The translations under genes and the position numbers were made by a program. A stretch of DNA of 64,000 bases from an uncultured Bacteroidales bacterium (GTDB taxonomy: Bacteria > Bacteroidota > Bacteroidia > Bacteroidales > UBA10428), in NCBI GenBank assembly GCA_963705125.1, contig CAVPIY010000010.1, positions 45,885 through 109,884 of the forward strand, written 5' to 3'. Below are positions 1 through 10,256 of this stretch, in pieces; positions within the stretch are counted from its first letter, which is position 1, and every line of letters starts with the position of its first letter. The notes under the pieces were generated by a model. The model saw only the letters and a list, made by a program, of their open reading frames with translations. It had not been told where the DNA came from and searched no databases.

Positions 1-1414
1 TGTTATCGGTTGATCCTATATATATTGACCTGTCTGGTCCAATCCCTGGCGAATCATAAAACTGTCCATTGGCATCCTTTTGCCAAACTAAGGATCCGTC
101 TGAAAGAACAAGACAGGTAATTTTATTTCTGCTTGTAATAATAACCGAATTATCAAAGATTACAGGAATCTCAAGACTATCTCCCTCGTTATCATAATTC
201 CATAATGCACTGCCCGATTCAGTATAGGCAAAAACAGAATCAATACTGCATGCAACAATAATACCATTATCTGAAAGTGCAGGTGATTTAACAAAATTCC
301 TGTCACTAACAATCCAGTTTGCAGGTTCCGGATGATAAATTCGTCTTATCTTACCTGCACCTCCGAATTGGCCTGGATATCCAATAATGCAAAAGATCGA
401 AGAATCTTTTCCAAATTCCACAGGATAACGGATCTGTTCGTTGAAGTGGAATTTATATATTTTATTGCCGCTTAAGGGATCAAGACAATAAACATTACCA
501 TCGTCTGACCCAAAATATAAATTCCCATCCAAACCAATTCTTGGCGAAGATAATACATATCCATCTGTTCGGAATTCCCATCGAAATTCGCCGTTACCAT
601 TTAAGCATTTCATACTATACCCATTGCCGAAATAAAGACTGCCGGTTACATCAAAATATGGGTCTGAATACATATCTACCCATGTACTGGTTTTATATTT
701 AATATCACCGTCTTTTCTAAACACCCAAATATCATTTCCGTAATAATTTTCGGCATAGGCACAAACATTACCATCAAGATCAACTGCAGGAGCCTTATTA
801 AAGTAAGTCCTATAACCTGGATAAAATTGCCAGAGGAGATCCCCACCAAAATCAAACGCGTAAAAAACTGTATCTCGATAAGGCGCACAATATACAATGC
901 TATCTTTAAAGACCCCTGCAGGTTCAGCAATCGGAAAATTGAATTTCTTATCCCATTGAAGTATGCCAAAGGAGTTTAAAACATAGATGAACGAATCAGC
1001 TGAGGACACAATGAAATAATTATTATCTGAACATACTATATGACAACCATCTCTGTATCTCTCTGTCAATCCACGTAACTGATAATTCCAGACAAGACTT
1101 CCGGTAGTATCAATGCAGTATACCATTTCATCATACGCTGCAAATAATATTTTACCGTCCCTTGATTTGCATAATGATTCCGGATAGATGTCTTCCCCAT
1201 TTGTCTGGAATCTCCAATTCTTGTCGCCTTTTACTGTTAAAGAGTGCAAATAATTACCCGTACTGACATAAACATTATTGTAATCATCAATAAATGGAAT
1301 ATTATAAACATAATCGGGAAAGTAAATCGGATCATAAGATTTAAATTGGGCATTAACAAAAATTGAGGTCAATAGAGCCACTGCGGACAAGCATAACAAA
1401 TGTTTTGATTTCAT
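1..1414 (-). CDS. Secreted PQQ-like/BamB-type beta-propeller repeat protein (3' end runs off the window)
   Basis: Manual translation from ATG at 1414: MKSKHLLCLSAVALLTSIFVNAQ signal peptide, then repeated propeller motifs (W.F.T.G, GSDDGNVYCLDP, SPRIGLDGNLYFG). Absent from the ORF track because no stop lies in the window. Confidence 0.75.
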   Translation of the reverse strand, partial: MKSKHLLCLSAVALLTSIFVNAQFKSYDPIYFPDYVYNIPFIDDYNNVYVSTGNYLHSLTVKGDKNWRFQTNGEDIYPESLCKSRDGKILFAAYDEMVYCIDTTGSLVWNYQLRGLTERYRDGCHIVCSDNNYFIVSSADSFIYVLNSFGILQWDKKFNFPIAEPAGVFKDSIVYCAPYRDTVFYAFDFGGDLLWQFYPGYRTYFNKAPAVDLDGNVCAYAENYYGNDIWVFRKDGDIKYKTSTWVDMYSDPYFDVTGSLYFGNGYSMKCLNGNGEFRWEFRTDGYVLSSPRIGLDGNLYFGSDDGNVYCLDPLSGNKIYKFHFNEQIRYPVEFGKDSSIFCIIGYPGQFGGAGKIRRIYHPEPANWIVSDRNFVKSPALSDNGIIVACSIDSVFAYTESGSALWNYDNEGDSLEIPVIFDNSVIITSRNKITCLVLSDGSLVWQKDANGQFYDSPGIGPDRSIYIGSTDN

Positions 1415-1488
1415 AAGGGTAGGTATTTAATGGATCATAGATTAAATTTAATATTTTTTATGAATTATGGGTATTAAGCATTGAAATA

Positions 1489-1717
1489 TAATTCTACTTT
1501 GACAGGTTATAAAAATCTAAAATATATTCCATCCCCAACGGGACTTTAGATTTAACCATAATTATTAATCTACCAATATTTTGTCCCTAAAGGGACAGTT
1601 CCGTCAGAGCATATCCCGCTTTGCGGGAAACCTAATATTGGTAGAAGTTAAGATTTCCCTGTTTGTTTCTGAGTCCTGTCAAGGACGATATATAAACAAT
1701 CTGTCAAAATAGAATTA
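1489..1717. repeat. REPIN/MITE-like palindromic element
   Basis: Terminal IR ATTCTACTTTGACAG (1491) / CTGTCAAAATAGAAT (1701), inner IR CTACCAATATT/AATATTGGTAG, hairpins GTCCCTAAAGGGAC and TCCCGCTTTGCGGGA. A lone related end CTGTCAAAGCAGAA occurs at ~4320. Confidence 0.65.
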
Positions 1718-1808
1718 AGAATATCCTTGCAAATAAAACAGCAATTGACGCAACCTTTCTTTTCGGGATTCATCTATTAACAATAAACGGATCATAAACT
1801 TAACCGCC

Positions 1809-2606
1809 ATGAAGTATTATACCCTGCTACTTATTATTTTCCTGGGCTATGGTTCATGTGAAACAGAAAACGTGGATAATTCGTGTCACAGCAGCACACT
1901 GATCAGTCATGTCGCCAATTCGGAAGTTGATATCCAGGAATTGACTTATAATAGCAATTGTCTTATTCATGAATCAATTGAGCGGTTTTCATATAAAAGA
2001 TATGCATACGATACACAAAACAGACTGGTAAAACTGGAGCAGGCTTTTTTATTTGATCCCTTAAGTTGTTATATGAATCCCGGTTCAGCAAATGAGACTT
2101 TTACTGATCCCAGAAAAGCAGAAATTATGCAATATTCTGAATTTGAGTACGACGATACAGGAAGATTAACAAAGAAATTAAATTACTTCATAAACAACGG
2201 GAATGACCTGCTTGTTTCTTACCAAACCTATGATTATGATAGCAATCAGATAGTACGGCTTAATATCTGCGATCCGCAGGGACAAATAAATCAATATCAT
2301 GATTATCAATACGATGGTAGCGGAAATATAATCAGGGACGATTATTACCTGGCAGAGTCCGGTTCCGGTGCAAAACTGCAGAGTCATTCAATCTTCGAAA
2401 TGGATGATAAAAACAATCCTTACATCATTTTTGCCGGGGAAGGTAACCCCGGTTTATTTACGAACAGAAATAATATTTTGAAAGAGACTACTGTCTTCTA
2501 CAATGCAGGCGGGGAATCCCGGAATTCCGTTCAAAATACTTTCGAATACAATACATTGGGATATCCGGTCAAAGTCAATGAGCTGACCTATTCCTATGAT
2601 GAATAA
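1809..2606 (+). CDS. Hypothetical lipoprotein with YD-like repeats
   Basis: Lipobox-like GYGSC followed by acidic residues; repeated Y.YD..GRL motifs. Confidence 0.7.
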   Translation: MKYYTLLLIIFLGYGSCETENVDNSCHSSTLISHVANSEVDIQELTYNSNCLIHESIERFSYKRYAYDTQNRLVKLEQAFLFDPLSCYMNPGSANETFTDPRKAEIMQYSEFEYDDTGRLTKKLNYFINNGNDLLVSYQTYDYDSNQIVRLNICDPQGQINQYHDYQYDGSGNIIRDDYYLAESGSGAKLQSHSIFEMDDKNNPYIIFAGEGNPGLFTNRNNILKETTVFYNAGGESRNSVQNTFEYNTLGYPVKVNELTYSYDE

Positions 2607-2736
2607 CCTGCAAACAGGACTGCGTATTTGAAGAGTCAGACATTTTATACTCTTATGTAACAAATTATTAATACATAGAAAATCAATATACTATTATAAT
2701 CAATATCTTAATTTTTTTCTCTATAAAATAATTTTT

Positions 2737-3010
2737 AAATCAAATTATGCATACCCCAAATGCAAATCAATGCCCCGTGGCGTAGGCCAGTCAAATCGGC
2801 GGGCCTGGTGTGGCGTGACGCAGCCGATGGAGGTGCGTTAAGCGGGTCGTGTGCTGGCCGGAAATCGGCAAGGATGTGGGGAGAAGCATCGATTTGACTT
2901 GAATTTACTTTGCAACTTTCTTTGTTTCAAGACAAAGAAAGTTGAGAAATTTGGGTATTTTCAGTTATTCATTTAGGGACCATATTTTTAAAAATACTGA
3001 GGGACTCATT
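2737..3010 (+). repeat. Dispersed ~270-bp structured repeat, copy 1
   Basis: Closely similar to 9003-9240 (minus) and 39606-39880. AGTCAAATCG...CGATTTGACT stem and 13-bp hairpin CAACTTTCTTTGT-TTCAAG-ACAAAGAAAGTTG. Confidence 0.9.
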
Positions 3011-4099
3011 ATGAGGGACCGGTTTATATTATTTCCGCTATTTGGTTTTGTTTTCCTTGTCAATTGCAGTAAGGATCCGGATGACAACGACCGGACAATG
3101 AGCAATTATACCGGGTCCTATAAAAACATTGAATTTACCGAAAGCTTAATTCAGGAATTTGCGCCGGGAATTTACAGGGAGGCGGATATTCCGGACGAGG
3201 TTAAACTGCTCACCCATGGAAGGATTGAGATTGATTTCCAATACAATGGGGGTGCGCTTCATTCTTTCATGCCGCTTCTGTATTATGGCTCAGCAAACAA
3301 AAACAGCCACGACGATGCTGTCGAAGAGCCGGCCTTTCATTTGGTTGTTGAAATTGGTCATTATAATGTGATTCCCCTGCCGGTGGAATATTTATTCTAT
3401 ACCATAAGCACTTTCCGGCAGCCCCAATATTGCCGGGATACCTATTGGCCGGTATTGGCCGGTGTGAACTATACTCTTATTATTGACAAAAGGCCTGAAG
3501 GGATTGTTCTTCAATTAAAGGAAGGGGAGAACCTCATTAATGTTTTTCCGCATGCCTTCTTCCCCGATTCCTCACTGATGTTTTTTAAGGATGTTACTGC
3601 GTATATTGATGTGAACAAGGGAGACTCCCTGGGAAAAGTGTTGATGGTAGGCAAAGGATTTACCGGGTTTGATAAAGGCCTCCATGAATTTAACGGTGAG
3701 GTTACAGGCTTAAGGATATACAAATATATCCTGTCAGACACAAGACCCGGATATGAACTGGAAGGGGTAAGGAATCAGCATACCGAAAACCAGCAGGTAA
3801 GATACAGGAAAAGGGATAACTTGTATGGCGATGATACATACATCATCATGAAATACGAATTCTGGCCCTATACATTTGAATCGGGGGTATTCAAGCCAAA
3901 CGGAGCGATGCAAAGTGGTGAATCAGACAAAACAGCCAATAACGGGTTTTCGGTCTGTAATTTACAGCACAGCAATATCGGTTTTTATAAAGTATATCTT
4001 AAGACGCTGGATGAAGGCGGCAGTATTCTCAGATCAGCCCAGAAACCTTTCGATATTTGGGTATATCCGAAAGAATGGGACTTTGCCTTTTATGAGTAA
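3011..4099 (+). CDS. Hypothetical lipoprotein
   Basis: ORF 2942-4099; likelier start ATG 3011 gives MRDRFILFPLFGFVFLVNC-SKDPDD lipoprotein signal. Confidence 0.7.
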   Translation: MRDRFILFPLFGFVFLVNCSKDPDDNDRTMSNYTGSYKNIEFTESLIQEFAPGIYREADIPDEVKLLTHGRIEIDFQYNGGALHSFMPLLYYGSANKNSHDDAVEEPAFHLVVEIGHYNVIPLPVEYLFYTISTFRQPQYCRDTYWPVLAGVNYTLIIDKRPEGIVLQLKEGENLINVFPHAFFPDSSLMFFKDVTAYIDVNKGDSLGKVLMVGKGFTGFDKGLHEFNGEVTGLRIYKYILSDTRPGYELEGVRNQHTENQQVRYRKRDNLYGDDTYIIMKYEFWPYTFESGVFKPNGAMQSGESDKTANNGFSVCNLQHSNIGFYKVYLKTLDEGGSILRSAQKPFDIWVYPKEWDFAFYE

Positions 4100-4156
4100 T
4101 ATTATTGCTTGCACAAAGATCACACACAACTTTAAACGACATGTTAGCGGACAAAA

Positions 4157-4287
4157 GGTGTTGTACTTGGCAGCGTACCCATAGTGGCAACCGCGTCACT
4201 CAGCCCGCATGGAGGTAATTTCCAGGAGGCAAAGTGAAGAGTCGACCCTTCTGGTGATTTTTACCCGTCATTTGCGATGACAACACC
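4157..4287. other. GC-richer structured intergenic segment bounded by an 8-bp inverted repeat
   Basis: GGTGTTGT (4157-4164) / ACAACACC (4280-4287), AAAA on both flanks, internal hairpins. Confidence 0.35.
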
Positions 4288-4449
4288 AAAACCAAACGTG
4301 ATTAAGGGAATAGGCTAACCTGTCAAAGCAGAACCAATAATCCTGTACAAAATATTTCTGACTTGCTTTGATGGTAATTATTCTTTATGTAACTTAGTTT
4401 TATCCTATGAATCCGGCCAATTCAAATAAACCAATCAATAAAGCCTTAG

Positions 4450-4812
4450 ATGAAAACTGTAACAATCTACTTAAGATCTGTCGAACAAGAGGGTAAAAAA
4501 CGCCTTGCCATGTTCGATTCAAACGGCAATGGAGATATCGATAACCTTACAACAGAGGTTGAGGCCGGGGCTACGGTTATCTGGAAATTAGACAGCTTCA
4601 GTGGAATAAGGAGCATAACCAGAATATACTCCAAAACAGGGAAGCGTAATGTTTTTAAAAATGATCCTGCAAAAAGGCTGGTATGGAAAGGTTTTATGCT
4701 TCAATTATCAAAAGATGCAGAAGGAGAAGAAGCATACAACATTGACTACATTCTTTGTGATGATACAAAAGCAACTATTGATCCTTACATAAGGGTCCCA
4801 CCCCCCAGATAG
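4450..4812 (+). CDS. Small cytoplasmic beta-rich protein with C-terminal IDPYIRV motif (AidA/PixA or DP-EP-like)
   Basis: 120-aa ORF; NLTTEV.AG.TVIW and IDPYIRV motifs resemble inclusion-body-family proteins (by eye). Confidence 0.55.
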   Translation: MKTVTIYLRSVEQEGKKRLAMFDSNGNGDIDNLTTEVEAGATVIWKLDSFSGIRSITRIYSKTGKRNVFKNDPAKRLVWKGFMLQLSKDAEGEEAYNIDYILCDDTKATIDPYIRVPPPR

Positions 4813-4816
4813 TACA

Positions 4817-6727
4817 ATGTATTTTCATATTATTTCAGCTTTTTGTATTGTCTTCACTATGGCAATAAACTCACTAATCGCGGTTAATGTGCCATCAACC
4901 GATAGCCTGTTGTATTTATTAAACCATGACCTGGTTAAGGAAGATACTGATAAATTCGAACTTCTTTGCGAGATAGTCTCAAACTCAGCTGATGCGGATA
5001 TCATTTTACATTATAGTGAACAGGCCATAAAACTTGCTGAGAAATTGAATATAAGCCCTGCAAGGCCTATTGTTTTCAAAGGAGTCGGCTACCTTAATTC
5101 CGGTAAACTTGCCTCAGCACTTGAATGTTTCATGAAAGCAGCCAAATATTACAAAGCGGATCACAACAACATCGGCCTGGCAACGGTATATCTTTATATA
5201 TCAGAAGCTTATAACCTACAGGAAAACCATGACAATGAGAAATATTATCTTAAAAATGCCATTGAGATCTTCAAAAATGAAAAGGATTCGATAAACCTGG
5301 CTTCAGCCTTACACAATTTGGGTTATGCAAATTACAGTATGGGGCAATACGATACGGCCTTAATCTTATACGCAAAGACAAGTGAAATTTACCTGAAGTT
5401 AGGTTACCTTTCTGAGTATGCCTATTGCCTGGGGAATTCGGGGCTGGTTTATTCCAGGCAGTCGGAATTTGAAAAAGCCGAAGAATATCTTCTCCGCGCT
5501 ATTGAAATACTTTCCAGGCAGGGAGATGATTATGCCGTTACACAATATATGATTGAATATGCCGGCATTCTTCAGCACAAGGGAGAAATTAAAAAAGCCA
5601 TTGCCTGTGCGACCATAAGTTTTGGCAACGCCACAAAGAATAACATTATTGAATTTGAACGCGATGCAGCCTATCGTCTTGCCCGGCTATATCAGGTTTC
5701 CGGTAAGTATGACAGTGCTTACCATTATCAGTCGTTGTATTTAGATGCCAATGACAGCATTAAAAGCTATGAGAATATTCAGAAAATGGCTGATCTGCGT
5801 ACAGAATTTGAAGTGGCTAAAAAGCAGGCAGAGGTTGATGTATTGCAAAAGAATAAGATAATACAGCTTATTGTGATCGGAAGTTTATTACTCATCCTAT
5901 TGCTTGCCATGGGACTCATCATGCTGTATTATTACAACCTGAAACGGTCCCAAAAGCTCACAGCTGCACTTGATGAGCGTCGAATGTTATTGGAAAAGCA
6001 GAGCACAGAGCTGATAGAACTCAATCGTATAAAAGATAAATTCTTCTCTGTCATTTCACATGATCTCAGGGGACCAATAAGTTCCATAGGAGGTATTTCC
6101 TTTATGATTAAAGAAAGTGTTGAAAACAACAATCCGGCTTTGCTTCGTGAAATAACAGACTATGTAGATCAAACCGTTTTTTCCCTGACCGCACTGCTGG
6201 AAAACTTACTTAACTGGGCTCAAAATCAGCAGGGAAAGTTTCCCTACCTGGAGGAAAATATTGATATTAAAGCCATCATAGAGGAGGTGGTTAAATTGTT
6301 TTCTACCACTACCTTGTTGAAGGACATCCGGATTAGTCTGAAAATCAAGGCAAAAATTATCATCCCGGGCGATCGTAACAGCATGATGATGATCATCCGG
6401 AATTTATTAAGTAATGCGCTTAAGTTTACCCATAAGGGTGGGACAGTTAGCATTTCAACAGCTTTAACACCTGACCGTAGAGCAGAAATTGTGGTTGCTG
6501 ACAACGGAACAGGCATACCCGCCGAAAAGATTCCCTGGTTATTTGATTTTAAGGAGAATAAAAGCACCTATGGAACAGAAAAGGAAAAAGGAATCGGGCT
6601 GGGCTTAAATCTCGTTCATGAATTTGTAAAAATGAATAAGGGCACTATTGAGGTGAAAAGTACTGTCGGAACAGGAACGAGCTTTATTTTGCAGTTTCCG
6701 TTGGCTGATGCAGGTAAAAAGGGTTAG
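4817..6727 (+). CDS. TPR-repeat membrane sensor histidine kinase
   Basis: Periplasmic TPRs, TM helix, H-box FSVISHDLRGP, N-box NLLSNALKF, G boxes DNGTGI and GIGLGL. Confidence 0.95.
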   Translation: MYFHIISAFCIVFTMAINSLIAVNVPSTDSLLYLLNHDLVKEDTDKFELLCEIVSNSADADIILHYSEQAIKLAEKLNISPARPIVFKGVGYLNSGKLASALECFMKAAKYYKADHNNIGLATVYLYISEAYNLQENHDNEKYYLKNAIEIFKNEKDSINLASALHNLGYANYSMGQYDTALILYAKTSEIYLKLGYLSEYAYCLGNSGLVYSRQSEFEKAEEYLLRAIEILSRQGDDYAVTQYMIEYAGILQHKGEIKKAIACATISFGNATKNNIIEFERDAAYRLARLYQVSGKYDSAYHYQSLYLDANDSIKSYENIQKMADLRTEFEVAKKQAEVDVLQKNKIIQLIVIGSLLLILLLAMGLIMLYYYNLKRSQKLTAALDERRMLLEKQSTELIELNRIKDKFFSVISHDLRGPISSIGGISFMIKESVENNNPALLREITDYVDQTVFSLTALLENLLNWAQNQQGKFPYLEENIDIKAIIEEVVKLFSTTTLLKDIRISLKIKAKIIIPGDRNSMMMIIRNLLSNALKFTHKGGTVSISTALTPDRRAEIVVADNGTGIPAEKIPWLFDFKENKSTYGTEKEKGIGLGLNLVHEFVKMNKGTIEVKSTVGTGTSFILQFPLADAGKKG

Positions 6728-6893
6728 CAAATACACAGTATTATCCGGGAAGCCGGATTGAAACTGGTTGGGAGTGATCTTTGAAAGCCCTGGTATGGGA
6801 CTTTACCTGCCCGTCGGTCAGGCAGGCATGAATAACCTTTGCTTTCTAAAAAATTACTTTAAAGTGAACGAAATAAATATTAATTCTCTAAAC

Positions 6894-7634
6894 GTGAAAG
6901 TATTAATCATTTATGCTCATCCCAATCCGATGTCATTCACCAAAGCCATTCTTGACAATTTTGTCAGGGGCCTGAGGGAAGCTGGACATCAATATGAGAT
7001 TGTAGATCTTTACAGGATAAAGTTCAATCCGGTATTTCAGCCCAATGATTCAGCCTTTTTTGTGGATGATGATCTGCCGGAAGATATTTTTCAGCAGATG
7101 GACATGAGAAAGATGATCATCGGGCTTGCCGGCGGACCGCTTAAGCGCCTTATCGCAAAATTGTATATAAGGAACAAGACGGATCATGAGCTCAGAAAGC
7201 TGATATACGCGCAAAGGCCAAAGGATGTATTGAAACAACAGAAGAAAGTCTCAGAAGCAGATGTGCTGGTTATTATAACCCAGGTTTTCTGGTTGCACTT
7301 TCCGGCCATCGTGAAGGGGTGGATGGAAAGGGTCCTGACTTACGGATGTGCATACAGGTTGAATGAAAAAGGATGGAAGGGTGATCCCGATGGCAGGATA
7401 CCCTTGCTTAAAATCAAAAAGGCCATTATCATGCATCCGACGTTTTTTAACGAAAAAGTTTACAGGGAAAAAGGATTCAAAGTCGCCATGGAAAGAACGA
7501 TTGATGACTGGAGCCTTAAATACCCGGGAATTGAAAATGTCGACCATATTTATTTTCATTCCATTTTGGCAGTAAGTGCCGAAACCCGCAGTAAATATCT
7601 TGAGGTGGCATACGTGAAGGGAAAAAGACTTTGA
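6894..7634 (+). CDS. Flavodoxin-fold NAD(P)H-dependent oxidoreductase (quinone reductase-like)
   Basis: KVLIIYAHPNPMSF, DLY...FNPV, W.HFPAIVKGWMERV; likely GTG start at 6894. Confidence 0.88.
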   Translation: MKVLIIYAHPNPMSFTKAILDNFVRGLREAGHQYEIVDLYRIKFNPVFQPNDSAFFVDDDLPEDIFQQMDMRKMIIGLAGGPLKRLIAKLYIRNKTDHELRKLIYAQRPKDVLKQQKKVSEADVLVIITQVFWLHFPAIVKGWMERVLTYGCAYRLNEKGWKGDPDGRIPLLKIKKAIIMHPTFFNEKVYREKGFKVAMERTIDDWSLKYPGIENVDHIYFHSILAVSAETRSKYLEVAYVKGKRL

Positions 7635-7649
7635 AGTCAATTGCTACTC

Positions 7650-7673
7650 TCCCCCGGTGGAAAAACCGGGGGA
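7650..7673 (+). terminator. Stem-loop after oxidoreductase, probable terminator
   Basis: TCCCCCGGT-GGAAAA-ACCGGGGGA. Confidence 0.55.
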
Positions 7674-7761
7674 CTTCACCTTTGCTATTGTGGGAAAATA
7701 TTTGTACTTTCAGTATAACAGGATCTACAGAGTTTTTTATACCAATGTATAAACACACCGA

Positions 7762-8916
7762 ATGAAAAAAGCCTTTCTGCTCCTGGCATGCATAGCTGTT
7801 CAGGCCAAAGCCCAGACTCCCCAGTCCTATACCACTTTTGAGGGGAAAACCCTGAATCTGTATAAATGGGAAGGTACATATACCCTGATTCTTTCAGGTA
7901 CGGATACGTTAAGCCCGGGCGTGATGACCAACTGGGTCAATGCCATGGATGGTGCCTACAGTTACTATTACAGCTGTACCAATCAAGACCCGATCTGTTA
8001 TACCGATGTTACCTGTTTAGATGGCAAATCCACAATTGCCCGCGTTGATGCCACCTGTGGTGCCGGATGCGGCTATCTGGGCTGGACCGGTATAGAATTA
8101 CTGGATACCTATTTTGATGCTTTTTACCATGCATTGGCCACTGATGAACAATATAGCCAGGAACCATTCTATGAATTTGGGAGAAATTTCTGGTTTTACA
8201 GCGACAAACTGGAATACCTGTCCGATGATCCGGTTGTTACCGGTTATGCTGTGTTTATGCGGTTTATGTCCATGGATTATTTGGGATTGCAGGGGGCGGA
8301 TTTTGGCAGGTGGACATTTCCGCAATTTCAAAATAAGGTTAAAGAATTGCTCAGCACGTACATGGCTGACCCGGGCTTAAACTGGAGCAACACCCTGGGA
8401 GCCGGACAAGGAATTGACGGTTCGGGTTTGGGGGCAACGGACTTGTTTGCTTCCTTTTGTTTTTATCTGAAAGAAAATTACGGGGGCCATACCTGGGTGC
8501 AAAATGTCTGGAAATATGCAGGACAAAGACCGGATGCCCTGACGACCCAGGATGCTGTGGATAATTTTATTGTTGCGTCCTCCCAGGCTGCAAATACCAA
8601 TCTGGTTTCCCTGTTTCAGTACTGGAAATGGACACCCTCGGCATCCGCCATTGAGTTTTTGAATTCAACGCTGGGTACATCCGGATTAAACCAGGAAACA
8701 AATCATGACTTTGTTTATCCTAATCCTACAAAGGGAATATTGTTTTTTGGCTCAGAAATAAAATCAATCGGCATATATTCTCTGGATGGAAAACTATTAA
8801 AAAACAAGGGTTCTGTAAATTCTATTGATTTGGGGGATTTATCCGGGGGTATTTATTTTATCGAGGTTACCACCTGGGATAACAAAAGTATTAAGACTAA
8901 AATAGTAAAGGAATAA
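7762..8916 (+). CDS. T9SS type A sorting domain protein
   Basis: Signal peptide; C-terminal VYPNPTKG...GIYFIEV...KIVKE. Confidence 0.85.
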   Translation: MKKAFLLLACIAVQAKAQTPQSYTTFEGKTLNLYKWEGTYTLILSGTDTLSPGVMTNWVNAMDGAYSYYYSCTNQDPICYTDVTCLDGKSTIARVDATCGAGCGYLGWTGIELLDTYFDAFYHALATDEQYSQEPFYEFGRNFWFYSDKLEYLSDDPVVTGYAVFMRFMSMDYLGLQGADFGRWTFPQFQNKVKELLSTYMADPGLNWSNTLGAGQGIDGSGLGATDLFASFCFYLKENYGGHTWVQNVWKYAGQRPDALTTQDAVDNFIVASSQAANTNLVSLFQYWKWTPSASAIEFLNSTLGTSGLNQETNHDFVYPNPTKGILFFGSEIKSIGIYSLDGKLLKNKGSVNSIDLGDLSGGIYFIEVTTWDNKSIKTKIVKE

Positions 8917-9002
8917 TGCCTAAATGGTGATATTTAGCCGATCAAGTTTCATTGCAATGGATTGATGCTTCTCAAACCTTATTTGCAATCCAAAACCTTA
9001 GT

Positions 9003-9240
9003 AGTCACTCAGTATTTTAAAAATATGATCCCCAAATGAATAACCGAAAACACCCAAATTCCTCAACTTTCTTTGTCTTGAAACAAAGAAAGTTGCAAAG
9101 TAAATTCAAGTCAAATCGATGCTTCTCCCCACATCCTTGCCGATTTCCGGCCAGCACACAACCCGCTTAACGCTCGCCCATCGTCTGCGTCACGCCACAC
9201 CAGGCCCGCCGATTTGACTGGCCTACGCCACGGGGCATTG
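9003..9240 (-). repeat. Dispersed structured repeat, copy 2 (lacks the 5' ~30 bp)
   Basis: Reverse complement of 2768-3010; starts 8 bp downstream of the stop of gene 9249-9617. Confidence 0.9.
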
Positions 9241-9248
9241 TGGTTTTT

Positions 9249-9617
9249 TCAGGGTTTTTTAATCAATAGGGGACTTCCTGTTTCAGGTACTGGTATGAGG
9301 ATATTCTTTGGGATAATCCTTATTGGAGTCATATTGGTATTATTATCATCAGATTGATTGCCATCTGTTTCCGGAACAATCCGATATAGAAAATACCTGT
9401 CTTTTTCTGAAGTTTCAGAAATAAGCAAATACTTCTCATTTATTATGGTATTTAAGGAAATCTCAAAATCTTTATTCATTACGGAAAATGGTCTTGCATC
9501 AACAACGACCATGGTGTTTCCATAAGTTGTATCTGTTTTAGTATGACTATTTTGTTGTGAAAAAACTGGGATCAAATACGTACATATGAAAACCATAAAT
9601 GAAAATATCCTTTTCAT
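9249..9617 (-). CDS. Small secreted protein, paralog A
   Basis: Signal peptide MKRIFSF...VFSQ; shares DARPFSVMNKDFE, SEKDRY and MTPIRI.P motifs with 21952-22323. Confidence 0.75.
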   Translation of the reverse strand: MKRIFSFMVFICTYLIPVFSQQNSHTKTDTTYGNTMVVVDARPFSVMNKDFEISLNTIINEKYLLISETSEKDRYFLYRIVPETDGNQSDDNNTNMTPIRIIPKNILIPVPETGSPLLIKKP

Positions 9618-9794
9618 AATCCGGTAATATTTAGTCAATTATTCTGTAATAAGGTACAAATAAAAAAGGCTTAAGTCAAGTGAATTTTGACCAAAAGACA
9701 AAGAGTGAATTAGAAAATTGTGTAATGGTGCTGAGGGGTGGCTTTGTGAGCAGGGCGTCCATGTACATCGCTCGTGGTGCCATGCCGGAGAGTT

Positions 9795-10256
9795 TTATTC
9801 GCAAACCACGTCGTTGCTTTGGCTATTCCAGCAATGCCATAAAGCGTCCTGAAAATAATGTTCGGCTTTTATTCTGCCATTGTATTCAGTTGAACTCCAC
9901 TCTATGTTCACTGTCATATCTTCTTCTGTACGGTTCCGTGTGTTGTAAACAACCGTATAAAAGGCGTTCAGGGCATTTTCAGTAAGCCCATAGGAAAGGT
10001 AACTTCCGACTGTCAGTTGGTTGGGATCGGCATTGTCAGCCACATGTATGTAAGTATATTTTATTTCACCGATTTCATCACCCGTTTTCGACCAATCGAT
10101 TTGCAGTATACCTTCCTGATCGGCATAACTGTGGTAGAGTTTCCATTGGCCGTCCATTCCATCCAGGTTTGAAGTCCCCTCAAACCATAAAAACTCATCG
10201 TGGCCCCCGACTCCGTCTTTGGAAATGTACATTTCCCATTTTATATCGCTTTCCCT
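9795..10256 (-). pseudogene. 3' half of the 22545-23381 lipoprotein (copy A)
   Basis: Matches the lipoprotein from RESDIKWEMYISK to DVVCE; 5' half replaced by the esterase at TTCCCT. Confidence 0.88.

Noticed and set aside
2737-3010. Integron attC sites or a known riboswitch
   Set aside because: No RYYYAAC/GTTRRRY box pairs, mixed orientation, no integron integrase, and no recognisable riboswitch consensus.
9795-9860. DGR-like variable C-terminus among three lipoprotein copies (WNSQSND / WDSQGLD / WDSQGND)
   Set aside because: Differences include C/T and T/A changes, not only adenines, and no reverse transcriptase is in the window.
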